Position numbers and translations under genes: made by a program. A DNA stretch of 21,759 bases from Candidatus Nanopusillus sp. (GTDB lineage Archaea > Nanobdellota > Nanobdellia > Nanobdellales > Nanobdellaceae): assembly GCA_028275775.1 (NCBI GenBank), contig JAPWTZ010000008.1, positions 1 through 21,759 on the forward strand, written 5' to 3'. The notes under the pieces were generated by a model. That model saw only the letters and a list, made by a program, of their open reading frames with translations. It ran no database searches and was not told the DNA's origin. Of the stretch, positions 7,718 to 15,634 are shown one piece after another. The first letter of the stretch is position 1. Each line of letters begins with the position of its first letter.

Positions 7718-8635
7718 ATGTATGACCCATTTTATTTAGATTATTATTCAATAATTAAAAAATATGAAAACCTTGAAGAATTAGATTATAAAAAAATATT
7801 AATATCTGGAATGGGGGGTTCTGGAATTTATGGAGATTATGTAAAACAAATATTAAATGATAAAGAAATAGTTGTTTGTAAAGATTATTTTTTACCAAAA
7901 TTTATTGATAAGGATTGGTTAACAATATTTATTTCATATTCTGGAGATACTGAAGAAACACTAAATTGTATGAATGAAGCAATAAATAATGGAAATAAAG
8001 TTGTAGCAATTTCTTCTGGAGGAGAAATGGAAAAAATAGCTAAAGAAAAAAATCTATATTATATAAAAATTGATAATAGTTATCCAGCAACAAGATATAC
8101 ATTTCCAGTAATTTTAGGAATAATTTTATCAATATTGGATAAGAAAAAATATTATGAATTATTAGAAATATTAAAAGATTATAGAGAAAGATTAAAAGAT
8201 TTATCAATATTTGTAAATGACGTAAAAAATCCAATAATGATATATACAGATGTAAAACACGAACCTGTTGCTTTAGCATTAAAAATGCATTTAAATGAGG
8301 ATGCAAAATGGTTTTCTGAATATGGAATAATTTCAGAATATAATCATCATGACTTAGAAGGTATATCAAAATTAGATATAGATTTTATTTTATTGAAATT
8401 TAATTATTATGAAAGAATTGAATATAGAATGAACTATATGAAAGATTTATTGGAAATGTATGGAAATAATGTTCTTTTATTTGATTTAAGATATAGAAAT
8501 TTAATGGAGGAATTAGTTTTAGGTACATTATCATTAAGGACCTTTACATTAAAATTGGCAGAAAAGAATAATGTAGATCCATATCATAGTAAAAATATTG
8601 CCGGATTAAAAGTGTTTTTAAAAAATATTAAATAG
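7718..8635 (+). CDS. bifunctional phosphoglucose/phosphomannose isomerase (SIS-domain PGI/PMI family)
   Basis: 305 aa, which is the family-typical length. SIS motifs are ILISGMGGSGIYG and ISYSGDTEET..A...G..VVAISSGG. The C-terminal SEYNHHDLEG resembles the conserved pE.NHNEi.G block of archaeal PGI/PMI. Confidence 0.75.
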   Translation: MYDPFYLDYYSIIKKYENLEELDYKKILISGMGGSGIYGDYVKQILNDKEIVVCKDYFLPKFIDKDWLTIFISYSGDTEETLNCMNEAINNGNKVVAISSGGEMEKIAKEKNLYYIKIDNSYPATRYTFPVILGIILSILDKKKYYELLEILKDYRERLKDLSIFVNDVKNPIMIYTDVKHEPVALALKMHLNEDAKWFSEYGIISEYNHHDLEGISKLDIDFILLKFNYYERIEYRMNYMKDLLEMYGNNVLLFDLRYRNLMEELVLGTLSLRTFTLKLAEKNNVDPYHSKNIAGLKVFLKNIK

Positions 8636-8652
8636 GATTCTATTTCTGATTT

Positions 8653-9255
8653 TTGATGATAATTTTTAAACTTATAAATCAATATTTAGTTATGGAATGG
8701 TATAATAAAGATGAAATGAAAAAGTTCATAACTAGGAAAAACTCTGTTCTTGTAGTATGGGATGTACAAGAAGCTCTAGTTAACTCAATATTTAATAAAG
8801 ATGAATTTCTTACTAAACTTAAAGAATTAATCAACTCTGCCAGGCAATACAATATTCCAATAGTTTACACCAAGATAACACCCTTACCAGAAAGATTTCA
8901 GCCTCCGTACTTAAAAAGAAGATTTGATCCAGGCGACATAGTCAAAGAAGTATATCCCAAAGAAAGTGATATAATAATAAATAAAAACACAACTTCTATA
9001 TTTGTAGGGACTAACTTTGAGCTTATGTTAAGAAATGCTGGGATCAATGTCATTGTTTTTACAGGAATTGCTACAGAGATCGGAGTAGAGACATCGGCAA
9101 GACATGCCCAAGCTTTAGGATTCTTACCAGTAATAGCTAGAGAAGCAGTATCTTCTTCTGACAAACAAGCTCATGAAAGATCTTTAGCTAACATGAGTAA
9201 ATTAATGTTAGTTCTAGATAATAAAGAAATAATAGAAAGGTGGAGTTCTGAATAA
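8653..9255 (+). CDS. isochorismatase-family (cysteine-hydrolase fold) protein; the nucleophile position is Gly
   Basis: VLVVWDVQ carries the catalytic Asp block, [10 protein letters not shown] the Lys block, and [20 protein letters not shown] the region where family hydrolases carry T..CV. The ORF-track start is TTG at 8653. ATG codons at 8656 and 8692 (MEWYNK...) are plausible true starts. Confidence 0.8.
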   Translation: MMIIFKLINQYLVMEWYNKDEMKKFITRKNSVLVVWDVQEALVNSIFNKDEFLTKLKELINSARQYNIPIVYTKITPLPERFQPPYLKRRFDPGDIVKEVYPKESDIIINKNTTSIFVGTNFELMLRNAGINVIVFTGIATEIGVETSARHAQALGFLPVIAREAVSSSDKQAHERSLANMSKLMLVLDNKEIIERWSSE

Positions 9256-9347
9256 TCAAAATTTTTTAAATCATTTCAAACTTTATTAATCATAATAACT
9301 AGTACTTAAGTAGCTATTTATAAACACAATCTTTATCTAAAATAGAT

Positions 9348-9935
9348 ATGAAAATAGAAATAGATGGTAAATTATTGCACATAATAGAAGGATCAAGTGA
9401 AAGAGTTAAAGATTATATAGATTTTATGAATAGAATTTCTCAAGATCCTGACAATTATACATTAAGTAGATATAGTAAAATAGATGAACAGAAAATTATT
9501 GAATGGTCTAAATCTTGGGGAAAAAGTACTATTATGATTTTAGCATACAATGATTCTAAAGTTGTAGGCTTTTTTCAAGCAACACGTGGTAAATATTTTG
9601 GTCTTGAGAGACAATTTCATGTTGCAGAAATAGCCTATGCAGTAGATAAAGAATTCAGAGGTAAAGGATTAATATACGTTCTCTTTAATGAAGCAATAAA
9701 AAGACTTGAAGGTATAAAAATACTTACCGCATGGGTAGATGAAAGGAATATAAGATCCAGGAAACTTCTAATAAAGTTAAGATTTAAAGAAGCCTGTAAA
9801 ATTAATGAATTCATATACTCTCAGATAGAGAAAACATTCTGTAATCTTATAATGTATATAGGAAATATAGATATAGTTAAGACTAAATTGGAAGAGGAGC
9901 TAGCAAAGAGAAATTATAATTTATATGAAGAATAA
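9348..9935 (+). CDS. GNAT-family N-acetyltransferase
   Basis: 195 aa. VVGFFQ...HVAEIAYAVDKEFRGKGLIYVLFNEAIKRL...AWVDERNIRSRKLLIKLRFKE matches the GNAT beta4-alpha3 acetyl-CoA motif region and the typical C-terminal N..s..l..klGF block. Confidence 0.75.
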   Translation: MKIEIDGKLLHIIEGSSERVKDYIDFMNRISQDPDNYTLSRYSKIDEQKIIEWSKSWGKSTIMILAYNDSKVVGFFQATRGKYFGLERQFHVAEIAYAVDKEFRGKGLIYVLFNEAIKRLEGIKILTAWVDERNIRSRKLLIKLRFKEACKINEFIYSQIEKTFCNLIMYIGNIDIVKTKLEEELAKRNYNLYEE

Positions 9936-10074
9936 TTTATATTGATAGAATTTAAATATTTCAAATTTCTTATGAAATTTTTACTTTGTCAATAAAAGAT
10001 TTCCCGAAAAAGAGTACCACTCCCATCTTTTTAATCAAAAAATAAATAGTAAACAAAAGAAGAAAAATAATTTT

Positions 10075-10962
10075 TTAAGAACTAATATACTTCCATGATA
10101 AAATTATACCAACTATAGAGAGAAATGTAGCAAATACTGTGAGATATATAAAGTCTATTGTTAGATTTGTTTGTATACCGAGTAACATTCCCCTTATTAT
10201 TGCATTTGAATAAGTTAATGGATTTATCTCAGCAATTGGTTTTAACCAGGAAGGCATTGAATTTACAGGATAAAATGCATTGCTAGTAAATAGTAATGGT
10301 AAATTTAATAAATTCATGACTGCCATTTGAGACTGCCATGAACTCGCCCTAATAGCTACCATTAAGAAAAGAGAAGAAAGCCCAAAAGACATCAAGAATA
10401 GAGCAGCATAAGCTCCAAGAAAGTCAAAGATATTTATTCCAGGATAAAAAGACATTCCCAATAATACTGCCACAATTAGAACAATGGTAGCTTGTACTAA
10501 AGATCTAATTACTGAAGATAATACTTTACTTATAATTATGTTACTCCTTGATACTGGAGTCGTTAAAAGCCTATCCAATACTCCTAACCTTCTATCCCAC
10601 ACCATTGACATACCACTTTGCATTGAAGTAAATAATGTTATAAAAGACAACATTCCAGCAGCTAGGTAAGAAAAATAATCTGTTGTTCCAAAAGTTTGTT
10701 TTAATATTTCTTGCCCGATTTTATCAATTATATTTTTCGGTATATTCAATCCAGGTATTGAAAGAGTTGTACCTGAGAAAAGAGCCTGTAAGTTCATTGC
10801 TTTCCCAAAGAGTGCTATCCAAAATATTGGTTGTATAATAGATAATAAAAGGATTACTGCAGACTTGTACCATTTCTTTAGCTCTCTGTTTGTTAAAGTC
10901 CACAAGCCATGGAGAGGAGATCTATCTATATATTCTTCTTTCTTTTTTATTTCCGTAACCAT
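10075..10962 (-). CDS. ABC-2 type transporter permease
   Basis: 295 aa with about 6 hydrophobic helices. It begins 1 nt after the stop of the upstream ABC ATPase gene on the same strand. Composition and length are typical of DrrB/ABC-2 permeases. Confidence 0.8.
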   Translation of the reverse strand: MVTEIKKKEEYIDRSPLHGLWTLTNRELKKWYKSAVILLLSIIQPIFWIALFGKAMNLQALFSGTTLSIPGLNIPKNIIDKIGQEILKQTFGTTDYFSYLAAGMLSFITLFTSMQSGMSMVWDRRLGVLDRLLTTPVSRSNIIISKVLSSVIRSLVQATIVLIVAVLLGMSFYPGINIFDFLGAYAALFLMSFGLSSLFLMVAIRASSWQSQMAVMNLLNLPLLFTSNAFYPVNSMPSWLKPIAEINPLTYSNAIIRGMLLGIQTNLTIDFIYLTVFATFLSIVGIILSWKYISS

Positions 10963-10963
10963 C

Positions 10964-11959
10964 TTATCCTCTAGTTCTTCTTAAAGTTCTTCTCAATGCA
11001 AATACTTCTTTTGAATCAGCCTCTTCATCTCTCATTTTTCTACCTGTATATTCCATATAAACCTCATCCATTGTAGGCTCCGTTATTGACATTTTTAATA
11101 CTTTTACCCCACTCTTTATTAATTTTTCAAGAATTTTGGGGGCCATTTCTTCTCCATCCTTTACTTTTATCCTTAGCATATTATCAACTTTTCTTATATC
11201 AATTATACCATCAAGATTCTGTAATAATTTCATAGTTTCATCATCATTTGAAGTATTTAAAGTAATTACATCGCCTCCTACACTTTCTTTTAATTCTTTA
11301 GGAGATCCTATAGCAAGTATCTTACCATGATCAATTATAGCTATTCTATCAGCATAAAGATCGGCTTCCTCTAAGTAATGAGTAGTAACAAATATTGTCA
11401 TACCATATTCTTTCTTAAGCTTCATAATATAGTTCCAAATTGCACTTCTAGTTTGGGCATCCAAACCTATAGTTGGTTCATCTAAGAATAAAATCTTTGG
11501 TCTACTAATTAAAGACATTGCTATTTCTAGTCTCCTCCTCATTCCTCCGCTATATGTTTGTACTTTTCTATTCATTGCTTGAGTTAATTCAACCATATCT
11601 AATAATTCCTTAGCTCTTTCTTTAGCCACATCCTTCTTTATACCATAAAGACCTGCCATTAACATCATATTTTCCCATCCTGTCAAATCTTCATCAGCAG
11701 TGAACTCTTGAGGTACTACTCCAATAGAGTTCCTTACCTTCGCTGGTTCTTTAATTATATCATAACCATTAACTATAGCAGTTCCTTCAGTAGGTTTTAA
11801 TACTGTAGTTAACATTTTTATAGTGGTTGATTTTCCAGCACCATTAGGTCCTAGAAAACCAAATATTTCTCCTTCTTTAACTTCAAAATTTATATGATCA
11901 ACTGCTACAAATTTGCCAAAAGCTTTAGTAAGATTTATTGCCTTTATTGCCTCACTCAT
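10964..11959 (-). CDS. ABC transporter ATP-binding protein (DrrA/ABC-2 exporter type)
   Basis: Walker A is GPNGAGKST, Q-loop VVPQE, signature YSGGMRRRL, Walker B ILFLDEPT and H-loop TTHYLEEA. A C-terminal regulatory-like extension follows. Confidence 0.9.
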   Translation of the reverse strand: MSEAIKAINLTKAFGKFVAVDHINFEVKEGEIFGFLGPNGAGKSTTIKMLTTVLKPTEGTAIVNGYDIIKEPAKVRNSIGVVPQEFTADEDLTGWENMMLMAGLYGIKKDVAKERAKELLDMVELTQAMNRKVQTYSGGMRRRLEIAMSLISRPKILFLDEPTIGLDAQTRSAIWNYIMKLKKEYGMTIFVTTHYLEEADLYADRIAIIDHGKILAIGSPKELKESVGGDVITLNTSNDDETMKLLQNLDGIIDIRKVDNMLRIKVKDGEEMAPKILEKLIKSGVKVLKMSITEPTMDEVYMEYTGRKMRDEEADSKEVFALRRTLRRTRG

Positions 11960-12179
11960 TTTTTATTATCTTCTCAATTTTCCTTACGGCCTTTTCTATT
12001 TTTTCTCCAATATTCAATATTAGTTCTACATATAATATTATACTGCTTTGGATTCGTTTTTTCATGAAATTTATTATATTTTCATTATCAAATATTCTCT
12101 CTTTATAATTTACCATTTGAACATAATAGTAATAAGAAATATTATCTAGATACAATTTTCTTTCCAATCTATATTGCAT
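11952..12179 (-). CDS. small hypothetical ORF (75 aa) overlapping the ABC ATPase start by 8 nt
   Basis: ATG start. It overlaps the ABC ATPase gene within ...AAAAATGAGTGA.... It is much more AT-rich than the ABC genes. No motif is recognised, so coding status is uncertain. Confidence 0.35.
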   Translation of the reverse strand: MQYRLERKLYLDNISYYYYVQMVNYKERIFDNENIINFMKKRIQSSIILYVELILNIGEKIEKAVRKIEKIIKNE

Positions 12180-12355
12180 AGTTATATTTATTTTTTAATA
12201 TCTATAAAAAGATTTCTATAAGAGGATAATCAAAAAGAAAGAATATAGAATTTATCTTTATAAGACTTATGATCTAAAAAACCATACACATAAAGACTTT
12301 AGAAAAACAAAAGTATAACAGCTAAAGATAATTTATCATTCAAAGATTTTATGTT

Positions 12356-12374
12356 TAACAATTGGATATTGTTA
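12356..12374. repeat. perfect 7-bp inverted repeat TAACAAT-n5-ATTGTTA upstream of the 12431 promoter
   Basis: Read directly from the sequence. It lies about 25-45 nt upstream of the TATA-like box. Confidence 0.4.
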
Positions 12375-12398
12375 CAAAGCCAATACAAATTCTAAAAG

Positions 12399-12407
12399 TT
12401 TAAAATA
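12399..12407 (+). promoter_or_regulatory. TATA-like box (tttaaaata) about 28 nt upstream of the 12431 ATG
   Basis: Its position fits an archaeal TATA box driving a leaderless or short-leader mRNA. In DNA this AT-rich such matches are weak evidence. Confidence 0.3.
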
Positions 12408-12430
12408 CTTTTTTATATAGATTTATTATA

Positions 12431-13282
12431 ATGACTACTAAGTTAGAAAAAATAATTGAATTATTAAATTCAAAGTTACAAAAAGGAATAATTAAAAAGG
12501 AAGATTTTGAAATTTTAAAAGAACTTATAATTCAATATGCAATCCGATATGAAGATTATATAGAAAACGTACACTATTTTGCTATAGGACTAGTTAATTT
12601 GATAGAAATTGGATATGATGAAAAAGATATATCTACAATATTAACAGATATTTCAAATTTGGGAATAAAGGAAATTGACAAAGCACTATTTGAAGTTTCT
12701 ATCTATATTTATGAAAGATATGATGAAGAATTTAGAAAATACTTTGAAGAAAGATCAAAATCTATAAAAAAGATAATCGAATCCTCTCCAAATATTGATA
12801 ATATATTGTATAAATTAGAAGATAAAATAAAAGTTCTCTTCAATGATAATGATAAAACATATATCAAGATAGAAAATTCTATAGAAAACACTAAAAAATG
12901 CGATATACCCCCATTGAGTTATATATATAGTATAATACAAAATTGGCAAAATGGTGACTATATAGAAAAAATAGAAAATATTAGAGAACAAATTTCTTGT
13001 ACAATAAAAAATTTAGAACATATAAAAAGCAATCTAGAAAATATTTTAAAAGATTTAAGGGGTTCTAGATATATAAAAGACATACAAAATATAAAAAGAG
13101 AATTAGATATTTATTATAATGGATTATCAAATATTATAAAAGAACTAGATACTTATAAACAATCTTATATAGAATTTAAGAAAGAATATTTGCCAAAATT
13201 ATTATCCGAAGGTTTAGATTATATAAAAGGGTATATAAATATTAATTCAAATAAAGAAAACATAAATATAAGCCTTACATAG
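12431..13282 (+). CDS. hypothetical all-helical/coiled-coil-like protein (283 aa)
   Basis: Long ORF with an ATG start and Lys/Glu/Ile/Asn-rich heptad-like stretches. There is no TM helix, signal peptide or catalytic motif that I recognise. Confidence 0.6.
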   Translation: MTTKLEKIIELLNSKLQKGIIKKEDFEILKELIIQYAIRYEDYIENVHYFAIGLVNLIEIGYDEKDISTILTDISNLGIKEIDKALFEVSIYIYERYDEEFRKYFEERSKSIKKIIESSPNIDNILYKLEDKIKVLFNDNDKTYIKIENSIENTKKCDIPPLSYIYSIIQNWQNGDYIEKIENIREQISCTIKNLEHIKSNLENILKDLRGSRYIKDIQNIKRELDIYYNGLSNIIKELDTYKQSYIEFKKEYLPKLLSEGLDYIKGYININSNKENINISLT

Positions 13283-13613
13283 AAAAACATTTAATCTTTA
13301 TTTAGTATAGCTCATATAATTTATATTTTAAACCTAATTGAAGTGATTGTTCTAGATGAAACATAGCTAAATTATATATTTTCTTTCATTTAAATTTCTT
13401 TCTCCTTCTTTAAAGAAATCTATTGAATTATTTTTAAGAAAATCCGTATAAATCTTTATTTTATAAATTTTTAATTCTTCTTTTAATTACCTGAAGCATT
13501 TACTATTGATGAAACATATTTAAAACTAGTCCAAATTAGTAATGACTTTTATATAAAATATTGCTAGATTAAAATCATTAAAGAACGTATAAGTTTTAAA
13601 TTTATTTTAAAAA

Positions 13614-13624
13614 ATATAAAAATA
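13614..13624 (+). promoter_or_regulatory. TATA-like box (atataaaaata) about 27 nt upstream of the 13646 ATG
   Basis: Same spacing logic as the box upstream of 12431. Weak evidence in an AT-rich spacer. Confidence 0.3.
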
Positions 13625-13645
13625 CTACCATAAATCAATGATATA

Positions 13646-14272
13646 ATGACAATACTAGAAATAGAACCAAAAATAAAGAACAATCTATTAGATGCGTTTA
13701 GAGATTTAGAAAAAACATTAGATAATATATTAATGAACACGGATAAATTAGCAAAAGAATATTATAATACAAATATAAATCTAGAAAAAATAAGATTAAA
13801 TGCAGAAATACCTTCCGATATCGGTGAATATATCATTGAAAAATACTTCCTAGAATTTATTGACAAAGAAAATAATATTATTGCAACATATAAAAAAATA
13901 GAAATATGGATAAGAGGTGATTATTCTCCATTTCAATCGGAGAAAGATTTTAAATTCGATAGAAAATATTCACATTTATATCCTCCTCCAAAAGAATATT
14001 TAATTAATTTAGATAGCTACTTAGATAATATAGCAACAAATGGAAGAAGAATAGTCAAACACATATCATCATTAACAGAAACAGAAAATTATAGGAATAA
14101 GAAAGTTATTGAAGGTCATAAGATTAAAAAAGTTACTACGAATATTAAAGCAATATCTTGTATAGATAAAAATGCAGGTCCTCTCAAAATTGTTCCTATT
14201 ATGGATAATAAAGGAATAATTAACGGAGTAATATATCACAATAATAGAACAGAAATTACAATTTACTTATAG
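13646..14272 (+). CDS. hypothetical protein (208 aa): helical N-terminal half, beta-rich C-terminal half
   Basis: ATG start with its own upstream A/T box. No family is recognised. Confidence 0.55.
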   Translation: MTILEIEPKIKNNLLDAFRDLEKTLDNILMNTDKLAKEYYNTNINLEKIRLNAEIPSDIGEYIIEKYFLEFIDKENNIIATYKKIEIWIRGDYSPFQSEKDFKFDRKYSHLYPPPKEYLINLDSYLDNIATNGRRIVKHISSLTETENYRNKKVIEGHKIKKVTTNIKAISCIDKNAGPLKIVPIMDNKGIINGVIYHNNRTEITIYL

Positions 14273-14351
14273 AAAATATGACAGTTTTATTTTATTAAAC
14301 TAAATAATGATAGTGATTTAATAATAAAAAATTTTTAAGAGAATGTTTAAG

Positions 14352-14361
14352 TATTTAAAAG
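14352..14361 (+). promoter_or_regulatory. TATA-like box (tatttaaaag) about 30 nt upstream of the 14386 ATG
   Basis: Spacing-based only. Confidence 0.3.
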
Positions 14362-14385
14362 ATTTACTACTAATAAATAGTAAAT

Positions 14386-15372
14386 ATGAATAAGCTATAC
14401 GAAGAATATAAATGGTCAGAATTGATTAAAAATGGAGTAGAAAGATATGGATATAATATAAGAGAAAATTCAAATTCATATTTAGCTAAGTTCTTAGAAA
14501 TTGCTAATAATGATGAAAAAAGAAATCCAAGAGTATATGTAATTGATCGTTCTCTAATAAGAAAAATTATAGAATGTGCTATAACTGAAGAAAGTAATAT
14601 ACAAGATCAACAAGCTCAATTAGAATACTGCATTAATAAATATGTTCCTGAATTACCTATAGATGTTAAAAACACTATAAATGGAAGGGTTATTTCTAGG
14701 GAAGATATACCACAAAGGGATTTTTTAAATAACATATTAAAAAAAGGAGCAAATTTGGATAAAATTATAGATCTATATACACTAAACATAGCTACAGGGA
14801 ATGGATCCGTTCCAAATATATCAAATATTCCAACAATAATATTAATAAATGATGATTTATCTTCTCAATATGGAGTTCTAGCTCCAACAGCTATACATGA
14901 ATTTATACATTTAGCAAATTTAGACAGTCCTAGGTTTCCTGGCTATAAAGATTTGTGGTATATGAAATCTAACTATATTATTACTATTCCTAATAGACTA
15001 TATGAGAAAAATATAAACTTATATAAGATAATCAATGAACATGTAAAACCTTATAGTCATCTTTATAGAAAATATGAAAATATAGAAATCAAAATTGATG
15101 AATTTATAACAGAATTAACAACAATACGTATATTAGAAAATGCAAATATGGAAGATTTATATCTAAACAGAAAAAAATTTATAGAAGAAGTGCTTAATCA
15201 AATTATAGGAAAGAAAAAAGAAGTAGGGATTAGTAAAATTCCTAGAGAAGATTATTTAATTTCTTATCTAACAGCATATGAACTATTAGAAAAAAGAGAA
15301 ATATCAAAAAATATTTTTGAAACTATAGATGAAGTATTAGAATCATATATTGAAGATAAGTTGAAAAGTTAA
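14386..15372 (+). CDS. hypothetical cytoplasmic HExxH (zincin-like) protein (328 aa)
   Basis: HEFIH lies at aa 171-175 (nt 14896-14910). It is preceded by a hydrophobic strand (PTIILINDD) and by GVLAPTAI, the usual strand-plus-helix context of zincin active sites. There is no signal peptide or TM helix. Confidence 0.6.
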   Translation: MNKLYEEYKWSELIKNGVERYGYNIRENSNSYLAKFLEIANNDEKRNPRVYVIDRSLIRKIIECAITEESNIQDQQAQLEYCINKYVPELPIDVKNTINGRVISREDIPQRDFLNNILKKGANLDKIIDLYTLNIATGNGSVPNISNIPTIILINDDLSSQYGVLAPTAIHEFIHLANLDSPRFPGYKDLWYMKSNYIITIPNRLYEKNINLYKIINEHVKPYSHLYRKYENIEIKIDEFITELTTIRILENANMEDLYLNRKKFIEEVLNQIIGKKKEVGISKIPREDYLISYLTAYELLEKREISKNIFETIDEVLESYIEDKLKS

Positions 15373-15634
15373 GAAATTTTTATAAAATTTTTAATTAAAT
15401 TATGGCAATTAAAAATTAAGAAAGCAAGGAAAATCATTTTATATTCATTCGATGATAAATATAAAAATGATTCTTTCTTTTTATGTATAAAACTATATAA
15501 ATATTTAAAAGTAATTTTAGATATAACTATATAGCTTTAGATTTTAATATAAATGTTATTACTGATTTATATCTTTTAGTTAATTTGAATACAATCTTTC
15601 ATTAAAAAATATAATAAAATAATTATATAGTTAG

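Noticed and set aside
8040-8369. 109-aa minus-strand ORF inside the PGI/PMI gene
   Set aside because: It is antisense to a motif-supported gene and its product is low-complexity Leu/Ile/Phe-rich.
8898-9164. 88-aa minus-strand ORF inside the isochorismatase-family gene
   Set aside because: It is antisense to a motif-supported gene. It is open only because this stretch is GC-richer.
10484-11330. Plus-strand ORFs 10484-10669 and 11136-11330 inside the ABC permease and ATPase genes
   Set aside because: They are antisense to genes with full ABC signatures and are short, with no motifs.
12709-12891. 60-aa minus-strand ORF inside the 283-aa island ORF
   Set aside because: It is much shorter than the sense ORF and its product is a low-complexity Ser/Leu/Phe/Ile peptide. 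The sense frame is preferred, although neither has homology support.
13487-13514. CTGA-n12-TGATGA arrangement as a possible archaeal C/D-box sRNA
   Set aside because: No complete C, D', C', D set with the usual ~12-nt guide spacing could be found on either strand, and there is no terminal stem or k-turn pairing. Isolated TGATGA and CTGA words are common.
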